Source of the DNA: an uncultured Spirochaetota bacterium | Lineage (GTDB): Bacteria > Spirochaetota > Brevinematia > Brevinematales > JAOACQ01 | Reading direction: 5' to 3' | DNA: 64,000 nt | Assembly: GCA_963835575.1 (NCBI GenBank) | Contig: CAWIGG010000005.1 | Location: 384,001-448,000, forward strand | Program-made: the position numbers and the translations under genes | Shown: positions 50,190 through 59,919 of the stretch, in pieces | Layout of the letters: each line of letters begins with the position of its first letter | How positions within the stretch are numbered: position 1 is the first letter of the stretch | The notes under the pieces: model-generated | Seen by the model: the letters and a program-made list of their open reading frames with translations, nothing else | Database searches by the model: none | What the model was told of the DNA's origin: nothing

Positions 50190-51074
50190 ATGAATAAAAA
50201 AAAGACCCTGGGTTTACTCTGGAAGGAATGGAAAAATTATCTAAAAAATAAAGGTGTGCCTTCGCCGGATATCGATGTCAATTTTATCATTTCACACCAT
50301 CTCCGTATGAAACCTTATGAAATTGCTTTGAAAAAGGACCGGCATATCCCGATCTGGGAGCGTTTATTGATAGACCGTTCCATCAGGGAGCGCGGCAAAT
50401 TTAAACCGGTCGCTTATATTCTGGGTTATAAATATTTCTACAGGGACAAATTTCTTGTCAATAAAAAAACGCTCATTCCCCGCGCTGACACAGAACATCT
50501 TCTATATGCGGCCGAAGAAGCGGAATATCCCTTTAAAAACATCCTGGAAATCGGCACGGGCAGCGGCGCCATAGCCGTATCGCTTTCCAGACTTTTCCCC
50601 GCCGCATGTATCACGGCGCTTGATATGGAAACTTCTATTGCGGGGAAAAATATTAAAAGGCTTAAAATAAAAAATATCCGTCTTTTAAAGGAAGATTTTT
50701 TTAAATATCCGGACAGGATGAAAAAAAAAGACAGCGAAGATAAGAATTTGAAGGGCAATAATCCCCTCTATGATCTGATCATTTCCAATCCGCCTTATCT
50801 TTCGAAACTTGATCTGAAAAATCTGGGCAGGGACGCGCTTCTTTATGAACCGATGCGGGCTTTTTACGGAGGGGAAGACGGGCTGGATTTTTATAGAGGC
50901 ATTGCCGGATTTGCGCTTGATTTTTTAATAAAAGAAGGTTTTATCATTGTTGAAACAGATTATAAGTGGGAAAAGGCTGTCGGAATATTTAAAGATGCGG
51001 GTTTTTCAAAAATAAGTGTAAAGAAAGATTATAACGGTCTGGAAAGAGTAATAACGATAAAGAAAGATTTTTGA
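50190..51074 (+). CDS. prmC: Release factor glutamine methyltransferase
   Basis: PVAYILG..F, LIPRADTE, EIGTGSGAI, SNPPY, GGEDGLDFY, KDYNGLER. Confidence 0.93.
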   Translation: MNKKKTLGLLWKEWKNYLKNKGVPSPDIDVNFIISHHLRMKPYEIALKKDRHIPIWERLLIDRSIRERGKFKPVAYILGYKYFYRDKFLVNKKTLIPRADTEHLLYAAEEAEYPFKNILEIGTGSGAIAVSLSRLFPAACITALDMETSIAGKNIKRLKIKNIRLLKEDFFKYPDRMKKKDSEDKNLKGNNPLYDLIISNPPYLSKLDLKNLGRDALLYEPMRAFYGGEDGLDFYRGIAGFALDFLIKEGFIIVETDYKWEKAVGIFKDAGFSKISVKKDYNGLERVITIKKDF

Positions 51075-51183
51075 TGTTTAAACCGTCTTATACTATAATG
51101 TTAATAATTAATTAGCGTTCGGCGGTTGCAGTCCGGGTTCATTTTTTTCGTACGGTATTACAACCGTTTTTGGAGTTGCTTTT

Positions 51184-51810
51184 ATGTCATATACAATTGC
51201 TCTTCCGAAGGGACGGCTGGGGAAAGAAGCGGAACTTCTTCTGCTGAAATGCGGCATTATGGAATCGCCTATTCCAGGGGATTCCCGGAAATTGATTTTT
51301 TCTGTGAGCAGGGATATAAAAATTCTTCTTCTCAGGGCCTGGGATGTCCCGGCTTATATAGAGACAGGCACTGCGGATATCGGGATCTGCGGAAAAGATG
51401 ATCTGATTGAACATGATGCGGATTTAATAGAGCTTCTTGACCTCGGCTTTGGAGTGTGTAAAATGGCTGTTGCGGCTAAAAAGAACAGGACAAAGGAAGA
51501 GATTTTTTCAAGGTCTTATTTGAAAGTCGCTACAAAATACCCGGGTATAGCCAGAAAGTTCTTTTCCTCAATTTCTGTTCAGGCAGAGATCATAAAATTA
51601 TACGGTTCTGTCGAATTGGCCGCTGTCACAAACATGAGCGACTGTATTGTCGATATTGTTTCAACAGGCAGTACTCTCAGGGAAAACGGGCTTTCTATTA
51701 TAGAAACACTTTTTACATCGAGCGCAAGAATCGTCGTAAACAGAGCAGCATATTACAGGGATCTGGAATTTATAAATAGTTTTATGAGAAAAATCCGGGC
51801 AGTAATATAA
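51184..51810 (+). CDS. hisG: ATP phosphoribosyltransferase, short form
   Basis: IALPKGRL, DVPAYIE.G.ADIGI.GKD, ATKYP, GSVELA, IVDIVSTGSTLRENGL. Confidence 0.95.
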   Translation: MSYTIALPKGRLGKEAELLLLKCGIMESPIPGDSRKLIFSVSRDIKILLLRAWDVPAYIETGTADIGICGKDDLIEHDADLIELLDLGFGVCKMAVAAKKNRTKEEIFSRSYLKVATKYPGIARKFFSSISVQAEIIKLYGSVELAAVTNMSDCIVDIVSTGSTLRENGLSIIETLFTSSARIVVNRAAYYRDLEFINSFMRKIRAVI

Positions 51811-51825
51811 AGAAGGTTATGCAAT

Positions 51826-52416
51826 ATGCGGGAAATATTATTGAGCTTTATAGTTTTATTAATTATTCATTTTACTTCTGTTCTCTCTTTTGGAGAAACA
51901 AATGCGTCATATTCGCGGTTGAATCATTTCGGTATAGGGATCAAAGCCGATGCCAATTTCAGCCAGCTTCCCAATGATTTTAAATTCGGGATCTGCGTGA
52001 ACAGTCCGTATTTCCTGGATAATTGGGTCGCCTTGAGATTAGAAGCGGATTATGGATTAATGAGTGGTATTCAAACCACTTCTATTTATTCAAACGAGAC
52101 CTGGGCCAACTATACTCTATACAAAGCAGGTATAGTTTTTGTGGCCAGCCAGAATGCAGATATATTAAGGCCTTATATCGAAGCGGGTTTGATCGGCGTC
52201 ATTCCTTCTTCTGATTTTACCGATGAAAAATTCGCATGGGGAACATATGGGCTTTTGGGAATGGACCTGATGCTGAACCCGGGGGATCTTTTCGGCTTCT
52301 TTTTTGAATTCGGAGCGGCGGGTCTTATATTCGGCGGTGATACCAGTAAATTCAGCAATAAGCCGGTTTATGTTAACGGCATAATCATTTCTATTGGATT
52401 GCGTTATTATTTGTAG
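51826..52416 (+). CDS. Secreted or outer-membrane beta-strand-rich hypothetical protein
   Basis: Signal peptide; amphipathic strands; C-terminal IGLRYYL. Confidence 0.6.
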   Translation: MREILLSFIVLLIIHFTSVLSFGETNASYSRLNHFGIGIKADANFSQLPNDFKFGICVNSPYFLDNWVALRLEADYGLMSGIQTTSIYSNETWANYTLYKAGIVFVASQNADILRPYIEAGLIGVIPSSDFTDEKFAWGTYGLLGMDLMLNPGDLFGFFFEFGAAGLIFGGDTSKFSNKPVYVNGIIISIGLRYYL

Positions 52417-52444
52417 GCCTGTCAAAATTAAGAGGCTCTTTATC

Positions 52445-53461
52445 ATGCGGAAAAAGAATACAATTATTTTTAATAATATCCTGTCTGATAGAAAGGAATT
52501 AAAAAAAGCCGCCGGCATTCTGAGAGAAGGAGGAACTGTCGTTTTCCCGACTGAGACTGTTTACGGGCTGGGCGCGGATGCTTATAATGAAGAGGCTGTA
52601 AAAAAAATTTTTACGGCAAAAGGAAGGCCCGCAGATAATCCTTTGATAGTTCATATTTTTAATTCTAAAAAGCTCTCACAGGCCGCGGATGATATAACTC
52701 CAGCCGCTTACGTTCTTTTTGCAGAATTTTCACCGGGTCCATTGACCCTTGTATTAAAAAAAAACAGCCGGATACCGGATATAGTGACAGCGGGGCTTGA
52801 AACTGCCGCGGTCCGCATCCCTTCTCATCCGATAGCCAGAGCATTGCTTAAGGAATGCTCTTTACCTATTGCCGCTCCTTCAGCCAACCGGTCGGGGCGT
52901 CCGAGCCCGACAACCTTTGAAATGGCATTTTCAGAAATGGAAGGAAGGGTTGATGCCATAATAAACGGCGGTGATTGCGAAATAGGTTTGGAATCGACGG
53001 TTGTTTACCTGGAAGAGAAAAAGCTTCATATTCTCCGGCCGGGCGCTGTCACAGAAGATATGCTTAAAAAAGCGCTCGCTTCATATCGCGATATGGAAGT
53101 AATATCTTCAGAAGCGCATTTTAATAAACCTCTTTCACCCGGCACAAAATACAGCCATTATAAGCCTTCCGCGGATGTATTTATGGCGGACCGGATCGAC
53201 AATGCGAAAATCATGTTAAATTTTCCAGGTAAAAAAATCGGCCTGATTATAATAGGAAGCGGCGGTGCTGTTCCGTCCGGAATGAGTGTGATCTGTTTCA
53301 AAAATATCAGGGAATATGCGCGCGGATTATACAAAAGCTTTGCCGAACTGGACGGGGAAGGCATGGATATCATAGTTACGCAGATTGTGAAGGACAAAGG
53401 CCTGGGAAAGGCGGTCATGAACCGTCTGTTTAAAGCAAGCGGTGGACGATTTATTAAATAA
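52445..53461 (+). CDS. sua5: Threonylcarbamoyl-AMP synthase (Sua5, two-domain)
   Basis: FPTETVYGLGA, KGRPADNPLIVH, APSANRSGRPSPT, GLESTV, PGTKYSHY. Confidence 0.93.
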   Translation: MRKKNTIIFNNILSDRKELKKAAGILREGGTVVFPTETVYGLGADAYNEEAVKKIFTAKGRPADNPLIVHIFNSKKLSQAADDITPAAYVLFAEFSPGPLTLVLKKNSRIPDIVTAGLETAAVRIPSHPIARALLKECSLPIAAPSANRSGRPSPTTFEMAFSEMEGRVDAIINGGDCEIGLESTVVYLEEKKLHILRPGAVTEDMLKKALASYRDMEVISSEAHFNKPLSPGTKYSHYKPSADVFMADRIDNAKIMLNFPGKKIGLIIIGSGGAVPSGMSVICFKNIREYARGLYKSFAELDGEGMDIIVTQIVKDKGLGKAVMNRLFKASGGRFIK

Positions 53462-53475
53462 AAGTTGAGTTGATT

Positions 53476-53531
53476 CCACAGATTACACAGATTGTGATTT
53501 TGAATATCAATGAAATCTGTGAAATCAGCGG
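53476..53531. repeat. Short periodic inverted repeat of the GxxExxY-flank subfamily
   Basis: CCACAGATTACACAGATTG ... CAATGAAATCTGTGAAATCAGCGG. Confidence 0.75.
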
Positions 53532-53585
53532 TTCCGCCCTTTATACATACAGGGAATAATATCTTTCAATTTTTCAATATTAATT

Positions 53586-55274
53586 TTAAAATTTTATTCT
53601 TTTCAAAACCCTGTTGCTGCCTTTAATAGTTTTAATGAGATCAAAAACAACAATAATGATGGCGGCCAGCATAAAAAATGGCACATACGCCATTGGAATT
53701 GATTCCTTTCCGAAAATGAATGGACCGTAGCTGAAGAACGAACCCAGCTGGACCAGGATCGCTACGATAAAATAAGCGGGAAAATAGAAAGCATAAGCGA
53801 TTGAAAAGACGTCCGCAGGGAAAAAATACCTTTCATGCATGGATGGAAGGGTAAACGGGATGATCAGCAGGAAGAGCAGGGACAGCTTAATGATTATCTC
53901 TTTTGTGACCCTGACTTTATTGACGAACAGCAGATAAAAGACCAGCAAGACAACCGATAATGAGAGCGTCACCCCGGCATAAAGGAAAATTTGATCGTTG
54001 GAGAACCATTGATAAAGATTCGGCGCGTATAATGTCAATTGGGTATTATAAGTACTGGTTTGATGGACATAAATCATGAATAAATCGGTCAGCGGCCTTC
54101 CTAGAAGGGCATTGGGCAGAATAAACACAATATAGCAGACCGGTATGATAAACAGGTATTTGAAATGGAACTCGTTTTTAATCAGCAGGGCTATATAAAG
54201 AGGCAAAAGGAAAACCGCCTGCAGTTTAAGCGAAAAAGCGATTCCGTAGAAAACAAAAGCGGAAAAATGTTTTTTCTCGATCATAGCCAGGACTGAAGCC
54301 AGAAGAAAAGCTGTGAAGATGCTGTCGCACTGGGCCCAGTATGCGCCGTTTAAAAAGACCGTCGGTAAAAAGAGCAGGATGGAAAATGATATGACGGTCA
54401 GCCATTCCTTATTGAATTTTTTCTGTATGATCTTCGCGATTAAAGCTGCGCAGATAAAATCAAAAATGACGGATATCATTTTCAGAGAATAAATGTCCTG
54501 GAACGGAAGGTAGGTGATAAAAGCCATAATATAAAGATAAGGCGGAGTATAATCAGAAAAGCTGTTTTTAAGCGCTAAAAAACCTCCGTTATTCCGGATC
54601 TGGGAGAGCCATGGGGAGAGGAAATTTCCGAAATCCCCGGATATTTCATTAAACATGAACAATCTGAGAATAAAACCCAGAGTCATAAATAGTAATAGAG
54701 CCAGAACATTTTCTATTTTCTTCAGATTCATAATTTTCAAAATTATTGTATAAAATATGATGCCTGATGCGAGCAAGAAAATTGTTAAATACATGAAATA
54801 ACCGATGTCCCGGAAAGTATTTTCCACTTTCAAACCTGTTTTGCCGCCGTTATCAAATACTTTTATTTCTATTTGATTCTCGCCGTTAGTGAGATATTTG
54901 CCCAGATTAAAATTAAATCCGTTCATCCAATCCCTGAGTGAAACCGGATTAATGTCGTTTAGAAAAGTGTCTTTACCGTTTACTTTAATATAAGTAACGC
55001 CGTCATCAGGAATGATCCTGACCCATTTCTGGGAAAAAATATTAAAATGAACTATTCCTGAATAAGTGTATTCCTTGATATTCTCATTCGATGGGATGTT
55101 AAAAGGAAGAGTGTTTTTTTGAGTATTCCCGGATGAATCTGTTATATTAACGGTTGTTAATTTAATGGAAGTGATATTCATCAGGACAATCGTAAGTATG
55201 ATAATGATACCGAGAATAAAATATAAATTTTTCAGTATCTTGAAAAGCGAATCTTTGAGTAAATGCATGTTCAT
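53586..55274 (-). CDS. GT-C membrane glycosyltransferase (Gpi18/PIG-V-like) with N-terminal soluble domain
   Basis: DYTPPYLY, NGAYWAQCDSI, KLQAVF, APNLYQW, PSMHERYFFPAD. Confidence 0.75.
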   Translation of the reverse strand: MNMHLLKDSLFKILKNLYFILGIIIILTIVLMNITSIKLTTVNITDSSGNTQKNTLPFNIPSNENIKEYTYSGIVHFNIFSQKWVRIIPDDGVTYIKVNGKDTFLNDINPVSLRDWMNGFNFNLGKYLTNGENQIEIKVFDNGGKTGLKVENTFRDIGYFMYLTIFLLASGIIFYTIILKIMNLKKIENVLALLLFMTLGFILRLFMFNEISGDFGNFLSPWLSQIRNNGGFLALKNSFSDYTPPYLYIMAFITYLPFQDIYSLKMISVIFDFICAALIAKIIQKKFNKEWLTVISFSILLFLPTVFLNGAYWAQCDSIFTAFLLASVLAMIEKKHFSAFVFYGIAFSLKLQAVFLLPLYIALLIKNEFHFKYLFIIPVCYIVFILPNALLGRPLTDLFMIYVHQTSTYNTQLTLYAPNLYQWFSNDQIFLYAGVTLSLSVVLLVFYLLFVNKVRVTKEIIIKLSLLFLLIIPFTLPSMHERYFFPADVFSIAYAFYFPAYFIVAILVQLGSFFSYGPFIFGKESIPMAYVPFFMLAAIIIVVFDLIKTIKGSNRVLKRIKF

Positions 55275-55324
55275 AGAGGGCTCCTTCCTTTTATTAGTAA
55301 TATTAAACCGGATTTTTCAAACAT

Positions 55325-57214
55325 TCAAAAAAGTAAAGAAATAAAAAATACGGCGCTGAACATGGAGAAGAGCAGTCCCATGCCGTAACCCGCGTATTCC
55401 AGTTTTTTCCAGCCTCTTTTTTTATACTCTGAAATACTGAAAGTGAATAAATAGATAAAAGAAATTAAAACGGGAAGAATCAGGCGGAAATCATTGCTGC
55501 CGGATGCCGGCATGGAAATTCGGAACAGCGCCGCGCCGGAGAGTAAAACAAAAAGATTTACCAGCATAACGCCGTTGAATAATAATTTTTTATAATCCAT
55601 CAGCAATAATCCGCCCAGCATATAGACGATCATCCAGAGATAGAAATAACTCATCAGGGCGGCCATATTGACGGAAACCGGGTTTATAAATTTAAATTCC
55701 CCTGCGAGGCTGGTTTTTAAAAGATAATTCCAGAAATACTGCCTGCCGCCTCTATCCTCCAGGGGATAAACATAAGGCTCATTGATGAAGTCTGAAATAT
55801 TGAAAAAGAGATAATTCCTGGCCGAATTCCCGACTTCTTCCGATTTTAAGCCTCCGCTGCCGGGGACAGTCGCGTTAATTTTTTCGCCTCTGATCCCGCC
55901 GATCACTCTATTCCCAAAAGTGACAGCAAACCCGGCGATGAATATAAGGCCGAGAAACAGAGCGGTTTTAAGGTAAGAGGCGTATTGCCTGTCGCGGAAA
56001 AAATGATAGATGTATGTTATGGCGATGATGATAAAAAGGAGAAACCCGCTGTCTTTTGTAATCAGCGTCAGTACCGCGAAAAGAACGGAAAGGTATATTT
56101 CTTTTACCTTTTTTGAATTATTCCAGGAGAAAAGATAATAGAGACTGACTGCAAAGAGTAAATAAAAGAGGCAGTCATTCCCGATCCTGACGGAATGGAT
56201 AATGGATGAAGGCCAGAAAGCGGCGAGGAGTGAAGAGAGGATGAGCATCAATCTCAAACTGCTTTTGGAATAGGAGATGATTTTTCCCTGCCGGCCGGGC
56301 AGTATGTCCGAGGCTTTATTGTTTTCGAATGGGTTGTTTTGGAATACTTTTTTAATAAAAAGATAAGAGACAATCATAAAACCTATGGAGATCAATAAAG
56401 AAAAACATTGAAGAATAAAATAAGCGGCATATTTATCAGCTGTAAATAAAGCCGAGATTTTGTAGATAACAGCCGAAAGGATATAATAAAGCGGAGGCTG
56501 GTAAGTCTCTGGGCCCAAATTGGCTGGAGGCAGCCAGAAATGCGCGGCGATATATTCGATATACCCTATATGCCCGCCGGGGTCATAGCTCCGCACATCG
56601 AAAGGCGTTACCAATAAATAGAGGACACGTATCAGAATACCGGATATTAAAATCCAGAGTATCACATTGTCTTTAGAGCGGCGCTTAAAGAGGGAGAAAA
56701 AAAGATAAGCGGCGATGAAAAGCAAAAGAAATATGGGGACTATGAACTTTAAATCGCTGGTTGATCTTTCTATTTTAAGCCCGGTTTGTCCTCCGGGGTT
56801 TTTTATAGTGAATTCAAATTCATTTTCCCCGGACCGCAGGTACCGCCCGATATTATATTGGGATCCATTTTCCTTGTTAAACAGAATGTCACGGGAATAA
56901 TCTTCTAAAGGCAGGTTGTTCCCGTTGAGTTTAATAACCATGATGCCGCCGGCGGTGATATGCAGGACATCGGGCGAGAAAAAGGGATCATAATGAATAA
57001 TTCCCTTTATGACATAATCAATCTGAGACGCTTCAGCCGAATAGGGCAGTTTTACAGCCTGAACATTCCCATTTTTTCCGACTATGGCTGTGTCTGTTAT
57101 CCGGATATTCTCTTGAAACAGGTAGATAATTAATAATACAGCAATGATAAAAAGATAAATGTACGGTTTTAATAAAAGCTTTATGAAAAATTCTTTTGTG
57201 TTTTTCTTTTCCAT
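55325..57214 (-). CDS. GT-C (ArnT/PMT-like) membrane glycosyltransferase with N-terminal soluble domain
   Basis: YDPGGHIGYI, YQPPLYY, RIGND, many TM segments. Confidence 0.7.
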   Translation of the reverse strand: MEKKNTKEFFIKLLLKPYIYLFIIAVLLIIYLFQENIRITDTAIVGKNGNVQAVKLPYSAEASQIDYVIKGIIHYDPFFSPDVLHITAGGIMVIKLNGNNLPLEDYSRDILFNKENGSQYNIGRYLRSGENEFEFTIKNPGGQTGLKIERSTSDLKFIVPIFLLLFIAAYLFFSLFKRRSKDNVILWILISGILIRVLYLLVTPFDVRSYDPGGHIGYIEYIAAHFWLPPANLGPETYQPPLYYILSAVIYKISALFTADKYAAYFILQCFSLLISIGFMIVSYLFIKKVFQNNPFENNKASDILPGRQGKIISYSKSSLRLMLILSSLLAAFWPSSIIHSVRIGNDCLFYLLFAVSLYYLFSWNNSKKVKEIYLSVLFAVLTLITKDSGFLLFIIIAITYIYHFFRDRQYASYLKTALFLGLIFIAGFAVTFGNRVIGGIRGEKINATVPGSGGLKSEEVGNSARNYLFFNISDFINEPYVYPLEDRGGRQYFWNYLLKTSLAGEFKFINPVSVNMAALMSYFYLWMIVYMLGGLLLMDYKKLLFNGVMLVNLFVLLSGAALFRISMPASGSNDFRLILPVLISFIYLFTFSISEYKKRGWKKLEYAGYGMGLLFSMFSAVFFISLLF

Positions 57215-57246
57215 ATTACTGACATTATCTCCCGAATGGATTTTCT

Positions 57247-57290
57247 TAAGGGCAGTTCTAAAAACTCAAATTTTTGGGACTGCCCTTAAT
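57247..57290. repeat. Short hairpin of the GGGCAGTTC-AAAAACTCAAA family
   Basis: TTAAGGGCAGTTCTAAAAACTCAAATTTTTGGGACTGCCCTTAA; same end sequence as 48009/48212. Confidence 0.7.
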
Positions 57291-57513
57291 TGGTTTTTCA
57301 TCATATCATTTCCGGTTAATCTGCTGTATCCAAGAATGCCGATTAAAAACAATTCAATTACTTTAGCGGTGCATCCTGTTTTTCTGATGAGATATCAATA
57401 AACCGGGATCCCTGCTGAGACGCTTTCAGAATTTCAAGGCTGCTGCGATCTCTAATAACCGGCACACCTCTTAAATTGATAAATATTTTACTCTTCAATT
57501 TTAAAAATGGCAA

Positions 57514-57567
57514 ATCCCTCACCAGTTTGTTTGCTTCACTGGCGGGCCTGACAAACCGGCGAGGGAT
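57514..57567. repeat. REP-like hairpin (CCCTCACC..TTTGT family)
   Basis: ATCCCTCACCAGTTTGT..ACAAACCGGCGAGGGAT; resembles 10426-10478. Confidence 0.6.
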
Positions 57568-57659
57568 GATTGAGCCGGGTTGATTTTAATATTTTATTCA
57601 TTTATAATTGATAGTCGCCTTTTTTATTATTAATATTCATTTAAATTTGAGGACTAATT

Positions 57660-58892
57660 ATGCCGCGGAAATTTATCCCTTTTTCGCCGCCGGATATCAC
57701 CAGGCTTGAGATTAAAGAAGTGATCGATACTTTGAAATCAGGCTGGATCACGACCGGACCTAAAGTGAAAAAATTCGAAGAAATGCTCCGCCGCTATTGC
57801 TCCGTGAAAAAAGCGGTCTGCCTGAGTTCGGCGACTGCGGGCCTTGAGCTGATTTTAAGGCTTTTTGAAATCAGCGAGGGTGATGAAGTCATCACAACGC
57901 CTTATACATACGCAGCCACGGCCAATGTCATCCTTCATACTGGAGCCAGGCCGGTATTTGTTGATGTTAAAAAAGGGGGATTTAATATCGATCCGGATGC
58001 TGTGGGCAGAGCGCTCACACCGCGGACAAAAGCCGTTATCAGCGTGGATTTCGGCGGCTTGCCCTGCGATTATGACAGGATCAAGGAAGTACTCGATCAG
58101 TATAAAAATAATTATAATCCCAAAAAGGGCACTCTTCAGGAAAAACTGCAGAGGCCCCTGTTCCTGTCGGACGCCGCCCATTCCTTCGGCGCGGAATATA
58201 AAGGGAAAAAACTCGGGGGCTGCGCCGATTTCACAGTCTTTTCATTCCATGCCGTTAAGAACCTCACGACGGCGGAAGGCGGGGCCGTTGTCTTTGATGG
58301 TTTTGAGAATGACGGCGGGGAAGAGATAGAAAAAACATTGCGCCTGCTGCTTCTGCATGGGCAGAGCAAGGACGCATTGTCCAAGATGCAGCTTGGCTCC
58401 TGGCGTTATTCGATTGAACTGCCGGGGTATAAATATAATATGACCGACATCCACGCGGCGCTCGGGATCGCCCAGCTCAGAAGATTTGAAAAAGAGATGA
58501 TCCCAAATAGAAAAAAAATCGTACAGATCTATAAGAAAGAATTCGGGGATGATGAGCGGCTGTTGCTGCCGGTTTTTAAAGATAAGGACAGGGAATCATC
58601 CTATCATCTTTATCCCCTGCGCCTCCGGTACGCGGGTGAAAAAAAGCGGGATTGGCTGATAGAGGAAATGGCAAAAAATAAAATCGCTTTAAATGTTCAT
58701 TTTATACCGGTGGTGATGCATCCGGCCTATACCCGGCTGGGTTATTCCATTAATAATTATCCCAATACCTATAATGCCTATCAAAGCGAGGTCAGCCTGC
58801 CCCTTTATTCGACCCTTACGGCCAAAGACGCTCGCACTGTATGCTGTGAATTAAAAAAAGCCCTCGATTTGCTTGAAGGATTTGTTGTATGA
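57660..58892 (+). CDS. DegT/DnrJ/EryC1/StrS PLP aminotransferase
   Basis: SGWITTGP, SSATAGL, DAAHSFG, SFHAVKNLTTAEGG, GYKYNMTD. Confidence 0.94.
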   Translation: MPRKFIPFSPPDITRLEIKEVIDTLKSGWITTGPKVKKFEEMLRRYCSVKKAVCLSSATAGLELILRLFEISEGDEVITTPYTYAATANVILHTGARPVFVDVKKGGFNIDPDAVGRALTPRTKAVISVDFGGLPCDYDRIKEVLDQYKNNYNPKKGTLQEKLQRPLFLSDAAHSFGAEYKGKKLGGCADFTVFSFHAVKNLTTAEGGAVVFDGFENDGGEEIEKTLRLLLLHGQSKDALSKMQLGSWRYSIELPGYKYNMTDIHAALGIAQLRRFEKEMIPNRKKIVQIYKKEFGDDERLLLPVFKDKDRESSYHLYPLRLRYAGEKKRDWLIEEMAKNKIALNVHFIPVVMHPAYTRLGYSINNYPNTYNAYQSEVSLPLYSTLTAKDARTVCCELKKALDLLEGFVV

Positions 58893-59908
58893 CAATTCTC
58901 GGCATCGAAACATCCTGCGATGAAACATCAGCGGCACTGGTTAAAGACGGAAAAATGATCCTTTCCAATATTGTCTATTCTCAGATCGAAATTCATAAAA
59001 AATATAACGGAGTTGTTCCGGAAATCGCTTCCAGGAACCATCTTCTTAAGATAACGGATATACTGGATGACGCTGTAAAGGATTTCCCGCTTAAAGACAT
59101 AGACGCCGTCGCCGTGACAAACGGGCCGGGCTTGATCGGAAGCCTGCTTGTCGGGCTTTCAACCGCCAAGGGAATAGCCTATTCCCTCAATAAGCCCCTT
59201 GTGCCGGTGAACCACATCGAGGCGCATATGTACGCCCCGCATCTTTTTTATGAAATACCGTTTCCCTATATCGGCCTAGTTGTTTCCGGAGGGCACACCC
59301 TGCTTTTCCTGGTGGAAAATTTCGGTAAAATGGAAATGATCGGCTCGACGATTGACGATGCCGCCGGCGAGGCGTACGATAAAGTGGCAAAACTTTTGGG
59401 CCTGGGTTATCCGGGCGGGCCCGTCATTGACCGGCTGGCGCAGGAAGGCGACGCTGCCATCCTGAAAGAATTCGAAGACATGCCCTATCTCCTGCCGGAC
59501 ACTAAAAGGGACAGGTATAACTTCAGCTACAGCGGTCTTAAAACGGCCATTGCCTACCGCCTCAAGAGGCTGAAAGATCCGGAAAAAGAAAAAAAGAATG
59601 TGGCCGCCGTTTTTCAGAAAGCGGCCGTGGATATGCTCGCCAGAAAAGCCAAAAACGCCATTCAGGATTATAATATTAAAACGCTTGTCATTTCAGGCGG
59701 CGTCGCGTCGAATTCCTCGCTGAGAAACCGGTTTAACGAAATGAAGCGGGATGGCGTTTCGGTGTATACAGCCCCTATTGAATACTGCAGCGACAACGCC
59801 GCGATGGTGGCCGGCCGCGGTTTTATCGACCTGAAACTCGGCAGGACCGGCGATATGCGGACAGAGGCGTATTCGCGGCTTGAGTTTATCAGAAAGGGCA
59901 AGAGGTGA
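58889..59908 (+). CDS. tsaD: tRNA threonylcarbamoyltransferase TsaD
   Basis: GIETSCDET, GVVPEIASRNH, NHIEAH, VSGGHT, DDAAGEAYDK, SYSGLKT, DNAAMV. Confidence 0.96.
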   Translation: MTILGIETSCDETSAALVKDGKMILSNIVYSQIEIHKKYNGVVPEIASRNHLLKITDILDDAVKDFPLKDIDAVAVTNGPGLIGSLLVGLSTAKGIAYSLNKPLVPVNHIEAHMYAPHLFYEIPFPYIGLVVSGGHTLLFLVENFGKMEMIGSTIDDAAGEAYDKVAKLLGLGYPGGPVIDRLAQEGDAAILKEFEDMPYLLPDTKRDRYNFSYSGLKTAIAYRLKRLKDPEKEKKNVAAVFQKAAVDMLARKAKNAIQDYNIKTLVISGGVASNSSLRNRFNEMKRDGVSVYTAPIEYCSDNAAMVAGRGFIDLKLGRTGDMRTEAYSRLEFIRKGKR

Positions 59909-59919
59909 ATACCATTCGA

